In this document: positions 12,566 to 25,507 of the stretch, piece after piece | Position numbering within the stretch: position 1 is the stretch's first letter | Layout: each line of letters starts with the position of its first letter | Assembly: GCF_963921235.1 (NCBI RefSeq) | Contig: NC_086097.1 | Span: forward strand, 168,146,001 to 168,210,000 | Length of the DNA stretch: 64,000 nt | DNA from: Mobula hypostoma | Lineage: Eukaryota | Direction: 5' to 3' | The notes under the pieces: model-generated | Told to the model about the DNA's origin: nothing | Databases searched by the model: none | Seen by the model: only the letters and a program-made list of their open reading frames with translations | Translations under genes and position numbers: made by a program

Positions 12566-12661
12566 ATAAAACATTTAATGTCAGAGAAATGTATACAACA
12601 TACATCCTGCATAAAACATTTAATGTCAGAGAAATGTATACAACATACATCCTGCATAAAA
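12566..12661 (-). repeat. Duplication junction: two tandem 45-bp units, inverted copies of 1639..1684 / 12789..12834
   Basis: ataaaacatttaatgtcagagaaatgtatacaacatacatcctgc twice (12566..12610, 12611..12655); reverse complement of ttttatgcaggatgtatgttgtatacatttctctgacattaaatgt. Confidence 0.95.
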
Positions 12662-13384
12662 GTTGCTGGTGAACGCAGCAGGCCAGGCAGCATCTCTAGG
12701 AAGAGGTGCAGTCGATGTTTCAGGCCCAGACCCTTCATCAGGACCTCTTCCTAGAGATGCTGCCTGGCCTGCTGCGTTCACCAGCAACTTTTATGCAGGA
12801 TGTATGTTGTATACATTTCTCTGACATTAAATGTACCTTTGAAACCTCTGACATGTTTGAGTTAATAAAAAGTGTGGCACATTTTTTTCCTTCAGAGCAG
12901 CACATGGTTTCTTTGTAAAAGGCAAGACAATTGAGTTTAAAAAAAGGCAGAAAAAAGATTAATTTCATAGGTTCATAAACAGAGAGTACTGAGTGATCAT
13001 AATCATAAATAAATCATGCCATCCGAGTGCAATCCGGGTCATATTATGATCGAGGAACATGTTTGTAGACTGGATATTGAACTTTTTACTGGTGGACTTC
13101 GGCCATATTCCGCCGAGGTACAACACAAGGCGGCACGGGAGGTCGTTCCTGCCTGTGGCCATCGAACTTGCAGCTGGAGGGTCAGACACCCTGAGCCAAT
13201 AGACTGGTCCTGGACTTATTTTCCATCTGGCATAGTTTGCAGTTTGTTGTTTGATTGTTTGTGGCTTTTGTATTGCTATATTTATGCTCTATTTTTGGTT
13301 GGTGCAGCTGTAACGAAACCCAATTTCCCTCGGGATCAATAAAGTATATCTATCTATCTATCTATCTATCTAAAAAAAGCAGAA

Positions 13385-15806
13385 ATAGCTGGCTACATTG
13401 GAAAGATAGTTACATTTGATTGCTCAAGAGATAACTAGATATTGTATACTGAGTGAATTGAGCAGTATTTTGAAGCAAACTACCTAAGCGAGTGTCAATT
13501 TTACAGAGTGTAAAGGTGGAAGAGCATACAGTTTGCTTTGAAGTTTGAATGCTTTAACCAAACTAGCCAAAACAAGCTTTACTGATATCATGAAAGTAAT
13601 GCAGGAAGATATAGAACCAAAACCATTGTTGATTGCAGAATCCTTTAGGTTTCATAAGCAGAATCACAAGGAAGGGAAGACAATTTCACCTTACACGGCT
13701 AAATTGAAGGAAGTGTCTAAGCATTGCCAGTTCAGTAATGGACTTAATGATACATTGACAGATTTTTCAGTTTGTGAAATCTTACAAGAAAGCATTCAAG
13801 AATGGTTCTCAACTGAAGCACAACTCATTTAAAAGAGCAGGTGAAATTGCAGTATCAATAGAAATAGTAGACAGAGACACAATTGAGTTGCAGTCAGAAG
13901 CGAAAGTGAGAGAGAACAAAATTGCAACAGCTAAATAGAAACTTACCTGGACAAACAAATTTTGTTACCATTGTGGCATGGGCTCACATACACCAGACCA
14001 ATGCAGGTTTAAAGGTGAAACTTACAGAAAATGCAACAAAGTAGAACATATACGAGCATTGTGAGGTCATGATTGGGTGAGACAATTACAACTTGATTGG
14101 AGTTCTATTCACCACTTGTGTGCTACATCCCCTGCAATAGATTCTACTGAAAGCAAATTAAGAAATATATTGGATGATGTCACAGTAGTGTTCAAGGATG
14201 GTATTGGAAAACTTATACATATAAAGGGTAACATTGTGTTAAATGAAAATGCCACTCCCAAGTATTACAAAGCCCATCTGGTTCCTTATACAATCCATGG
14301 TAAAGTAGCCAGTGAGCAAGATTGCATGGAGGCAGTAAGAATTCTTTCCAACGTTGAGTGGAGCCAATGGGCAATGCCAGTGGTCCCAGTATCCAAGAAG
14401 AATGGTTCTGCCAGGCTCTGTGGTGATTTTAAGGTTACCATCAACCCAGTACTGAATGTAGATCAATGCCCACTGCCCAGGATAGCGGATATCTTTGAAA
14501 ACCTTTCTGGAGGAAAAGCAGAAAAGTTAAGTGGATTTATCTGAAGCCTACCTACAGATGGAGATGGAAGAAGAATCCAAAGTGTTTCTCACCATAAACA
14601 CTCACAACGGGCTTTATCACTATAATAGGCTTATATTTGGAGTGGCATCTGCATCTGCACTCTGGCAGAAAGCTGTGGACCAGGTGCTGCAAGGCTGCCC
14701 TGGCACTCAGTGTTACCTGGATGACATCATTGTCATCAATGAAGATGACAAGGAACATTTCCAAAATCTCAAGACAGTGTTAAAAATTAGAAGATTATGG
14801 GCTCAGAGCAGGATGCAACAAGTGTGACTTTTTAAAACCAAGCATCACTTACTGTGGTCACATCATTGATGCACAAGGATTACACAAGTGTGCTGAGAAA
14901 ATTCAAGCAGTGGTGGATGCCTGAATGCCAAAGACAAGTCACAGTTTCGATCCATTTTAGGATTTGTTAGTTACTATATCAGATTCCTGCCAAACCTGAC
15001 TATTTTGCTCCACGCCTTGAACTCATTACTACTGATTGGGTAGAAATGGCATTCAAAAGGGTAAAGAAAATGATGACATCAGACACTGCATTCACATATT
15101 ATGACCATATCATCCTGTGAAGCTTGCCTGTGATGCCTTGCCTTATGATATAGGTGTAGTCATGTCACATGATATGAGTGACAGAAAAGTGAACACCCCA
15201 TAATCTTTGCATCATATTCCTTTACAATCAACAACTAATTTCCATTTTCAATCTACAGAAGAGCGTTCCATTAAATGTGCAGCAGAAACTCTAGTCCCCC
15301 CCAGTTTGACCAGTGCCAGGATGAACGTGCCCTTGATGGAGGTTGTCTTGTGTACGGATTGAGAGTTGTTGTGGAATTCAAGCTGAGAGCTAAAGTGTTG
15401 TACATGTTGGTCATCTGGGTATGGTCAAAGCTTGGTGTGGTTGCCTGGGATAGATCAGCAGATCGTGCAGATTGCCCTGCACTGTTCGGGCTGCCAACAA
15501 GACCGGAAGATGCCAGGAGCATCTAGGAGAAGCAAAAAGAAAGGAGAACAATGGTGTCCTAAGCTGTCAGAACCAGCTTCTGCAGGCCCAGAGTCAACTG
15601 TAAATATATGGTTTTAATTCAGCATTCTCTGTTTAAATAATTCATTATGGGCTATACGTAAACGTACTTAAAAGGCATATGTAATTACATCACCATGTCA
15701 TAAGTGTGCGTCTTGCTAAAGTAAAAATAAAACTAGGCACAAGTTATCCCCAGCTCTCCCGTGTTTTTTTTCTTGCAATTAATTTTTGGAGTTACCAAAC
15801 ATAACA
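13385..15806 (+). mobile_element. Duplicated part of the old Gypsy element (gag-pol remnant + 3' LTR, no 5' LTR)
   Basis: Copy of 2235..4656 at +11150. Confidence 0.85.
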
Positions 15807-17276
15807 CTTCGTATACTCACCACCACTTCATCTCCTCCTTCTCCAGGGAAATTAGAGTTGGTCAATAGATGCTGAGCTAACCAGTGAGGGCAACACCCTG
15901 AAAATGAACAATGAAAATCTGTCCAATATCCACAAGGAACTGTAGTGATAGATGTAAGAAAGCACAATGGTATGCCAGGTGGTGTGACTGTTTCCTCGAT
16001 CCAATACATACAACATTGAACATAGAAATCTACAGCACATTACAGGCCCTTCTGCCCACAATGTTATGATGACCATGTAACCTACTCTAAAAACTACTTT
16101 GAATTACCCTACTGTGTAGCCTCTATTTTTCTAAGTTCTCTTAAAAGACAATATTGTATCCACCTCTACCACTGTTGCTGGCAGTGCATTGCACACACTC
16201 ACCAGTCTGTATGTGAAAAACTTACCTCTGACATTCCCTCAGTACCTACTTTCAAGCACCTTAAAACTATACCCCCTTCTGTTAGCCATTTCAGCCCTGG
16301 GAAAAAGCCTCTGGCTATCCACACGACCAATGCCTCTCATCAGCTTGCGATTCATTCTAAAGTTGTCTATGTGTGCAGTTTGCACATTCTCCCAGTGCTT
16401 TTGCTTCCTCCGACATTCCAGAAAACATACCCATTATTCCGCTAATTGGTTATTGTAAATTACCCCCAATATATGCAGCAGTTGGAGGGAATGAGTGGGG
16501 TGGGTTGTTAACGGGGCATGTGTGAGAGAATAGGGTATCAGGAAAATAAATAGGGGAATAGGGATGGGATTGGCCTGTGTACTAGAAATGTCCTGATGAA
16601 CCAAATAGCTTCCTTGTGTATCATCAAGAAATATGAAAAGTACATGCCATTACAGACGAGGAACCACAATCAGAAACTGAACAGATTTTTGTTCCCTCTT
16701 TTCCTCTCATCTGTTAGCAGCTCCCATGAAAAGGATTTTACAACAGGAGCAGTTTAACAGATCAATGACTAAATTGGCAAGTTTGATTTGTCCATTTATA
16801 CTGTTTGCGTCGACATGTTTCCTTGTCATTCAAAGTGAATACATAATATGTGGGATCTGAATTTCGTCAGCCAGCCTGCCTTTCCTGCTGATTCTGCATT
16901 CAATGGATTTATTGTTTCAATGAGGCAACAGAGAAGCAGCTGCTTCTTTTGGTGGGTGCACAGCTATTTGAAAAACCGCATTAACAGCTTTACAAATAAT
17001 CATTATTACCTCCATAGAAGTTTACACTCTGCTAATGCCGTTCATTAATATGGATAGGAGTGGACAACTGATGTTGTCCAAGATGGACATAGAATATCCT
17101 TAGGAGCAGTTTGAAAGAAGAGGAGGGTTCTCAGCCAATATTTATCACTATATTTTCAATCAATATCGCCAAATAGAGAGTATCACATCACATTGTGGGA
17201 GCTTTCTGCTCAAAATAATGAAATAAACCACATTGATTTGTTTTCCTTAAAAACTAAAGTATGTCATTAGCTGGAA

Positions 17277-17470
17277 CACACATCAAAGTTGCTGGTGAAC
17301 ACAGCAGGCCAGGCAGCATCTCTAGGAAGAGGTACAGTCGACGTTTCAGGCCGAGACCCTCTTGGCCTGAAACGTCGACTGTACCTCTTCCTAGAGATGC
17401 TGCCTGGCCTGCTGCGTTCACCAGCAACTTTGATGTGTGTTGCTTGAATTTCCAGCATCTGCAGAATTCC
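17277..17470. mobile_element. Duplicated copy of fold-back mini-element #2
   Basis: Copy of 6127..6320 at +11150. Confidence 0.88.
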
Positions 17471-17751
17471 TGTCATTAGTTGGAAAATGCTTTAGGACAT
17501 CAAAGGTTAAAAAGAAGTGCAAGGAGAGGATCACTGTTTAAATATAGTGGATCAATCACTGAAAACAGAAATGAGGTGAAACTTTTGTCATTCACAGGGG
17601 CATAAGGCTTTGGAACTTCCTGAGATCCAGAGATAATATATGTTTATCATATTGTGTTACATTGCTGGCACCAGCTAGAATAATATTTAGCCAGTAAAAT
17701 TTAGGCAAGAGAGATGGAAATGCTCCTGGATTCAGCTGTTTCGAGCGGTTG

Positions 17752-18475
17752 TTAGAAACATAGAAAACCCACAGCACAATACAGGCCTATGCTGGACATG
17801 TACTTACTTTAGAAATTACCTAGGGTTACCCATAGCCCTCTGTTTTACTGAGCTCCATATACCTGTCCAGGAGTCTCTTAAAAGACCCTATTGTATCCAC
17901 CTCCACCACCGTCGATGGCAGCCCATTCCATGCACTCACCACTCTCTGCGTAAAAACTTACCCCTGACATCTCCTCTGTACCTATTTCCAAGCACCTTAA
18001 AACTGTGCCCTCTCATGTTAGCCATTTCAGCCCTGGGAGAAAGCCTCTGACTACCCACACGATCAATGCCTCTCATCATCTTATACAGGTCAACTCTCAT
18101 CCTCCGCCACTCCAAGGAGAAAAGGCTGAGTTCACTCAACCTGTTATCGTAAGGCATGCTCCCCAATCCAGGCAACGTCCTTGTAAATCTCCTTTGCACC
18201 CTTTCTATAGTTGCCACATCTTTCCTGTAGTGAGGTGACCAGAACTGAGCACAGTACTCCAAGTGGGGTCTGACCAGGGTCCTATATAATTGTAACATTA
18301 CCCTTTTGCTCCTAAACTCAATCCCACGGTTGATTAAGGCCAATGCATCGTATGCCTTCTTAACCACAGAGTCAACCTGTGCAGCAGCTTTGAGTGTCCT
18401 ATGGACTTGGACCCTAAGATCCCTCTGATCCTCCACACTGCCAAGAGTCTTACCATTAATACTGTATTCTGTCAA
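17752..18475 (-). mobile_element. Duplicated CR1 3' fragment
   Basis: Copy of 6602..7325 at +11150. Confidence 0.9.
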
Positions 18476-21400
18476 TGAAGCACTTAATCTTGTTCTGGAT
18501 TATTATTTTGAGGCCTAGACTAAAACATGAGTTCAAATTGAACACTGGCAGCTGGGAAATTAAAATTCAATGAACTAAATCTGTAATTAAAGCAAGAAAG
18601 CCGGCTTCAGTAATGATGACTACAAGACTGACAGTAAAACCCCATACTGAATGAAAGTGACTCCAGATTCACAGCAGTTAGGTTGTGAGTCAAGGAGGAG
18701 GTACTGGACTTGAGGATACACACTCAACATTTTAGGAACAGCTTTTATTTATTTATTTGTTGATATGCTGCACGAAATAGGCCCTTTGAGCCACACTGCC
18801 CAGCAACCCCTCCCCCGGACGTCATCCGAGCCTAATCATGCGACAATTTACAATGGCCAATTAACCTACTAATTGGTATGCCTTTGAACTGTGGGAGGAA
18901 ACCCATGCAGTCATGTGGAGAATATACAGGCAATGGCAGAAATTGATCCCGGGTCATTGGTACTGTAAAACATTGTACTAATGCCTATGCTACCATGCCA
19001 CCCCATTTTCCTTCAGATTTCTAAACAGTTCATGAACACTACCCCACTATTTTCCTCTCTTTTTGCACTATTTATTTATTATACTGTAGTTTCTTATCGC
19101 TTTTATTTGTTTTACATTGTACTGCTGCCACAAAACAACAAATTTCATGGTTTGTGTCAGTGATAATAAACCTGATTCTGATTCTGAATCACTGGCCCCC
19201 ATCACCCTGTCTCAATAGACAATAGACAATAAGTGCAGGAGTAGGCCATTCGGCCCTTTGAGCCAGCGCCGCCATTCACTGTGATCATGGCTGATCATCC
19301 ACAATCAGTATCCAGTTCCTGCCTTATCCCCATAACCTTTGATTCCACTATCTTTAAGAGCTCTATCCATCTCTTTCTTGAAAGCATCCAGAGACTTGGC
19401 CTCCACAGCCTTCTGGGGCAGAGCATTCCATATATCCACCACTCTCTGGGTGAAAAAGTTTTTCCTCAACTCCATTCTAAATGGCCTACCCCTTATTCTT
19501 AAACTGTGGCCTCCTCCCCCTCTCCAGCTGCTCATCAGCCACACACCCTCCCTTTGGTTCCCTTCCTCACCTTCTTTCCTTAATTCAGCTGTCCACCGTC
19601 TTCTCCTAAAGAGATTTCATTTTCTTCAGTCCTTTGTCACTTCCACCCCTCAGCTCCAAGCTTCTTACCACATTCCCATTGTCCCCTCTCCTTCACCTGC
19701 CTATCATCCTCCCCTCACCTGGATCCACCTATCACCTGCTTCACTCTGCCCTCCCACCAATGTATAGAGGCTATCTCTCTTCTTCCTCTCCAGTCTGAAT
19801 GAAAGACCTCGACTCAAAATGTTGCCTGTACTTTTCCCACCACAAATACTGCCAGAACTTCCTGAGCTCCTCCAGCTCCTTTGAATGTTGCTCAGAAGAA
19901 GGTACATCAGGTCTGAGCAGAATGAGTCACAGAGTCAGAGAACACTACAACACAGAAACTGGCATTTTGTCCAAGTCAGACTATTACTCTGTCTAGTTTC
20001 ATTGATTGTATCCAGACCCCTTCATACCCCTCAATGCCCCTCAGAGGGTTTTGGGAAGATCTGAGCGGAGGTCAAACTGGTCGGAGTGGACCTTTAGAAT
20101 TCTGGCCTCTGAACGAGATCACCTTGGACTTTGGCCCCTGTGATCTAATTCACACCCATCACCTCTTTAAATGCTAATTGATTTAGATATGCAACAACTT
20201 AATTGCCCGAGATTTCAAAGGCCTCCATGATTTCAGTGCTTCTTTATCCACCTACTCCCACCCAGCTTAAAAACTCCTTAGGATGTCTGTGCTTCTTCAA
20301 GCCAGGCCTCCCGTCTATTCCTGAATTGACCTGATCTACGTGTGGGAACTGTTGTGTTGTTGGAGGCTGTAATTCACTCCCTAAACTTCTCAGCTTCTCT
20401 AGTTTACTTTACAAAAATAGCTGCCACTTTCTAGAAAGGACTGAAGAAGGGTCTTAGCCTGAAATGGCAACTGTTCACTTCCCTCCATAGATGCTGTCTG
20501 ACACTTAGGTTCCTCCACCTTTTTGAGTGTTGTTCTTTTGAAGAAATCTTTGGATTATTTTAAAGACCAAAACTGCTGCTGAGACTGGACATCTGAAATA
20601 AAAATTTAAAAATGTTGAAAACACCCAAAGTTCAAAATTCAAAGTAAATATATTGTTTAAGTACGTAAATGACACCACGTACAACCTTGAGATTCTTCTT
20701 TTTTTGCAGGCATACTCGATAAATCCAATAACCATAATAGAACCAATGAAAGACCACACCAACTGGGCACTCAACCAGTGTGCAAAAGACTACAAGCTGT
20801 GCAAATACAAAAATAATGGAGAAATAATAACAATAATTATTATAAATAAGCAATAAATATCAAGAACATGAGATGAAGAGTCCTTGAAAATGAGCTTAAC
20901 AGGTTTGTTACCCAGACATGGAAAGAGAAACAGAGTTAGTGTTTCAGGCTGGAGCCATTTTGTCAGAACTGGTACAGAGACGAAATTAGTTCATTTTAAT
21001 TTGATGCGGTGCGGCGATAGTTGAGGGATGAAGGAAATATCACAGAAAGGGCAAAGCCAAGCCTGTACTGGGGATAAGCTACTGATGAAGTCATCTGATT
21101 GATATACCGACATTTCTGTTCATAAAAAGAACCATAGATGCTGGAAATTTGAAATAAAAACAGGAAATGCTGGCATCCGTGCAGAGAGAAACAGTTAATG
21201 CCTCAGCTCAGATTACTGTTTCTCCAGGTGCTGCCTGGCCCACTGACCATTATGAGCATTTAGTATTTTTACTTCAGCTCTCTATTTGCATATGGGCTTG
21301 GGGTCAGGTCAACACTGGATGATACTTGGCCCTTATTTCCTTTAATGGCTACAATTTTCTATATTTCCCAAATCCTGATGGGACATTTAGTGGAAATAGC

Positions 21401-22349
21401 ACATTAGGAGCACTGATGCACAGGGAAACATTGGAGTGTGTCCATAGCTCCCTGAATGCGTCAGCAAAGGTGGATAAGGTGATGTGGAAGGCATTTCGTA
21501 TGACCGCCTTCATAGGCCGAGGCACTAATTCTAAGAGTTAGGATATCATGTTGCAGTTGTATAAAACATTGCTCAGATTGCATTTGGAGTATTGTGTATA
21601 ATTTTGACAACCACACCATAGACAGCAATAAAGAAAATGTGGAAGATTTAGGAACACTTTCTTTCCCTTTGCCATCAGATTTCTGAATGGTCTATGAGCC
21701 AATGAAAACTCCCCTATTACTCCTGCGTTTACCTCTATTTATTTATCCTTCAAATGTACAGATTTTATGTATTGCTGCCACAAAATAACAAATTACATGT
21801 CATATATCAGTGATAATGAACTTGATTCTGATTTCGAGAAGATTTGCCAGAATGTTGCCTGGTTGTAATAACAAGGAGAGATCAGATAGTCTGTTTATTC
21901 TCACTGGAGCATAGGGGACCAAGGAGTAATCTTATAGAGATTTATAAAATCATGAAGGGCAAATATAGGATAGGCAGTCAGAATATTGTATTTCACAGAG
22001 CAGGGAAATGTAGAGGTTGCAGGCACAGGTTTGAGATAAGATGGGAGAAAGGGTAATTTTTTTCACACAGAAGTGCTGGTTATATGGAATGATCGACTAA
22101 AGGAGGTTGTGGAGTCAGATACTATTACAACAGTTAGCAGGCATTTGGCTGGCAGATGGCATTAGTAGATTTGAATTAGTAGATAATGTGTTTGGTTTAT
22201 CATTGCTAAATGTACCAAGATACAGTGAAAAGCTTGTCTTGCTTGCTGTTTATATAAATCGTTACACAGTGCATTGAGGTAGAACAAGGTAAATCAATAA
22301 CAATGCAGAATAATGTCTTCAGAGAAAGTGCAGAGCAGTAAACAATAAA

Positions 22350-22900
22350 ATGAAGGTCAGATCATAACGCGGTAGATCGTGGGTTCAAAGTCCGTCTTAT
22401 CGTTGGCCAATGTGCTATATCCGGATAATTTGCTTTGCTGTGGGGATACTGTACCTGTCGAGAAGGCGCTGCATAAGCGGCGGTTGTTGTTGTTAAGCAT
22501 CGACGCACGCTAGAGTGCAGCAGAGAGAGAGGAAGAGTGTTGGTGTGTGTGCTGATAGACTCGGGCCACCCATCCGCAGTCCAGCGCAGCAGAGGAGCGG
22601 ATCGGTCAGCGTGCAGGGGGATGGCGGGGTTGGAAGAGAAGGACAGCGAGCAGCTGCTGAAGCAGTGTCTCCACGCGGCGGTAGAGGTGGCGTTGGAGGC
22701 CGGTCAGGTGAGCGTTCAGGTGTCCCGGGTTTCCGGTGACGGGCCACTTCACGCAGTGGCAGCCCAGGCGCCTTTAATCCAACTATGTACTTCAGGAGAT
22801 TAATCTTATATTCAACGGCACATACACATTCTTGTTAGTTTGCAGCGGGGGGGGGGGCTGGTGTGGCGGATGGCTTTATTTTTCTTCTACATCGGGAGCT
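22350..22900 (+). promoter_or_regulatory. CpG-rich promoter/5'UTR of IMPA2 (copy b)
   Basis: Local high density of CpG against a CpG-depleted background around exon 1; GGCCAAT box near 22405; edges approximate. Confidence 0.7.
22621..22707 (+). CDS. IMPA2: Inositol monophosphatase 2, coding exon 1 (downstream copy, 1b)
   Basis: ATG in a CpG-rich context; encodes MAGLEEKDSEQLLKQCLHAAVEVALEAGQ, resembling the IMPA2 N-terminus (..ECFQAAVQLALRAGQ); strong donor CAG|GTGAGC, phase 0. Confidence 0.9.
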
Positions 22901-23717
22901 GTTTTGTAATCCGAAATTATAAAAAAAATTAAGCTAGCTTCTGTTCCGTTTTCTAGACGGACGGTTGGTTAATAATAACGAAAAAGTTTGATTATATTGC
23001 TGAAAACCAGCCTTGTATTAACCATCTACTAGGCCGGAAGGGGGGATGGGGAGTTTGTAAAAGGAACCGCTCGTACGTTATACTGTGTGTCTTTGACATT
23101 TCGAAGAATCTTGTGGGGTTGAACTATTTTTGGTGAGGTTGCTTTCAGATGTTTAGCACCCTTCAATCCACGTTTCTGTAACATATTTGTTGAAAATACA
23201 AACAGGAAGTACGCTAAAGTACCTGTTTTAACAAGAATGCCGTGTACTGCTGTTACCTCGATTGGCTAAGGCGAGCCTTAGACTGATGAATGTCATCAGG
23301 ACCTTGAGATCATACTGCACCATGTTCGTAGTGTGCTGGTTTCTACGCCTGTTCTGAACTACAATCACATTGGCGGTGCTGTAATCTGTTGCATAATTAT
23401 TCTTCTTTGAAACCCTAATGACTATAAGGCAATAAACTGAAGTCTTATGGCAGAATTCTGATCAGCAAGTATAAATTGGTAGCGGTGAGAAAACTTTATG
23501 ATTCCGGAACAGGCGCGATGGCTACAGAAATGTGGGTGTGAGTGGAAGAGAAAGGGCAGAGGTTTTAAGATGTTACGGAGTAAATGCACAGAAAAATGCT
23601 TCCACTTAGAGGGCGTCAGAAGAGCAAGAGTCATCATGGGGGAAAAACGTCTTCAGTCTGAGAGTGGTTTCAGTTAAGACTGCCTGCCCCATGGACGAGT
23701 TTGGAAATAAAACGTTC

Positions 23718-23868
23718 AAAAACAAGAGAAAATCTGCAGGTGTTGGAAATCCAAGCAACACGCACAAAATGCTGGAGGAATTCAGCAGGCTGAACGGTCT
23801 CTGCTCGGCTCTTTTCCATGGATGCTGCCCGGCCTGTGGAGTTCCTCCGGCATTTTGTGTGTGTCGCC
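23718..23868. mobile_element. Older PLE-derived fold-back mini-element at the right duplication breakpoint
   Basis: Imperfect arms ~23755..23792 / ~23830..23867; degenerate TSD ggaaataaaac / ggaaacaatac (23703..23713 / 23870..23880). Confidence 0.7.
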
Positions 23869-24509
23869 AGGAAACAATACATGCCCATTTAAGGAGAGCC
23901 TCGATACCTTATTCCTTATAAGGAAGAAATAGTAAGGTGTACTTGCAAGATTTGGATACAGTGAGGTAAGGAGAAGGCTATCAATTGAAGTTCTTAAGGG
24001 GTGTGACCAGTAGAGTGGATTAATTGATTAATTTGGATTTCCTTCATGGTGTTTTCCCTCTGTTTTTAATTTGTGACTTTGAATTACCACCACATGATCA
24101 ATGCGGGAACACTTGAAAATAGGGAGAATATTGTGAGAGTAGGCAAGTTTAGAATATATGTAAGAAATCAGTTGGGGAAGGGCTAGTTTCAATAGGATGA
24201 GAAACCGATCTCAGGGGTAGTACATGGTGACATATAATAAATTTACTTTGAACTTTGAGAATAGGTTTGGCCCTCTGCGTGTTGGAATCAATGTTTGGCA
24301 GGCAAAATGGGAAGCCTTTAAAATAAGAGTTACTTCTGTTACACTCTTAAGTTATGGTGATTACTTGAGTCTATTAAGATGTTCTCCTAGAGGGTTGTCT
24401 ATTGGTGGGTTCTCAGGTGCTGTAGTAGCTGATCCAGGAGCCACATATTCTGGAGCAATATGGGCAGGAGTAGGTGGTAGCCGTGGTTAGTGGTTGGATC
24501 TTGAGGTTG

Positions 24510-25030
24510 TTCGTTCTCTCCTTTCGCAGCTACCGCTTGTTCTCTGTAGCAGAGCGGAGGCTGTTCACATGTAGCACAGCTCCCTCTTGAACAGATTTCC
24601 TCCAGATGATTCTATTCAGTGCAATGTCTTCCCAGATTTTAGATATCATGTTGAACTTCAGGCTGATTTTGATCTTATCTTTGAAGCTTTTCCTTTGCCC
24701 ACCAAGGGTTCGCTGACCTTCCTTCGATTAAGAGTGAAGGATCTGTTTGGGGAGACGTGAGTTGAACACTTGGATGGCATGATTTTTCCATCAGAGTTGG
24801 TGTTGCTTTGTCATGGTGGAGATGCTGTTCATGTTGGCATCTTCTGTGTCTATCCTTCCATCTGATCCTCGAAGTGTTCATAAGGATCTTTGGTGATATT
24901 GTTCTGGGGCTTTAAGGTGCCTACTGTAGGTGGTCTATAATTTGGCTCCATGCAACAATGAAGGAAGGATGACTGCTCTATAAACCAAAGGTTTTATTTC
25001 GACTTGTAAGTTGTGGTCTGAGTACATTCT
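24510..25030 (-). mobile_element. RTE-clade LINE fragment, degenerate
   Basis: VYRAVILPSLLHGA and RIRWKDR remnants typical of the RTE C-terminus. Confidence 0.6.
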
Positions 25031-25507
25031 CATGACAGGGAAGGGTAAGGTATTTAAAGCCAAGGTTCCATGGATGTGCAGACAGTAGCGGAGGAGAAAG
25101 GAACTGGAGCATGTAACAGGTGCCAGCATGTTAACACGATTGAGAACCAGGCTGGTCAAAGTAAGTTCAGGGAAGATGTAGAAAAGACAGTAAGAGGGTC
25201 TGAGGAAAGCTTGGCAGCAAAAAACAGGAATTCAGGAATGTTCTACTTCATGTAAACATGAGGAACATTGTGAGAGAGAATGTGGGGCCAGTCAGTGAAT
25301 GAAAAGGAATTGTATTCATGGAGGGAGCAGGGTTGGTTGAGATACAAGGAGTGTGTCAGGGAAGAAGATGCTGTCACGGTCTCAACAAAAGAAATATAGC
25401 TGAGGATCTTCATAAGCTAAAGCTGTTAAACAGAGGGGACTGAAAACACTAGCTAAACTTAAGGGATAAATAACCTGGTTGAGACTGCTGAGGGGAGTCA
25501 GGGAGGA

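Larger units (their letters stand above)
1505..12572 (+). repeat. Tandem segmental duplication, copy 1 (11068 bp)
   Basis: Sequence and ORF track repeat at +11150 (+11141 after the 9-bp indel). Identity starts at cataaaagttgc and ends at ggaaataaaac. Confidence 0.97.
12655..23713 (+). repeat. Tandem segmental duplication, copy 2 (11059 bp)
   Basis: Matches copy 1 apart from a 9-bp deletion after 22738; continues into unique sequence at 23714. Confidence 0.97.

Noticed and set aside
12566..12661. 45-bp direct repeats as a CRISPR array or minisatellite
   Set aside because: Only two units, no spacers, eukaryotic context; fully explained as a templated junction insertion.
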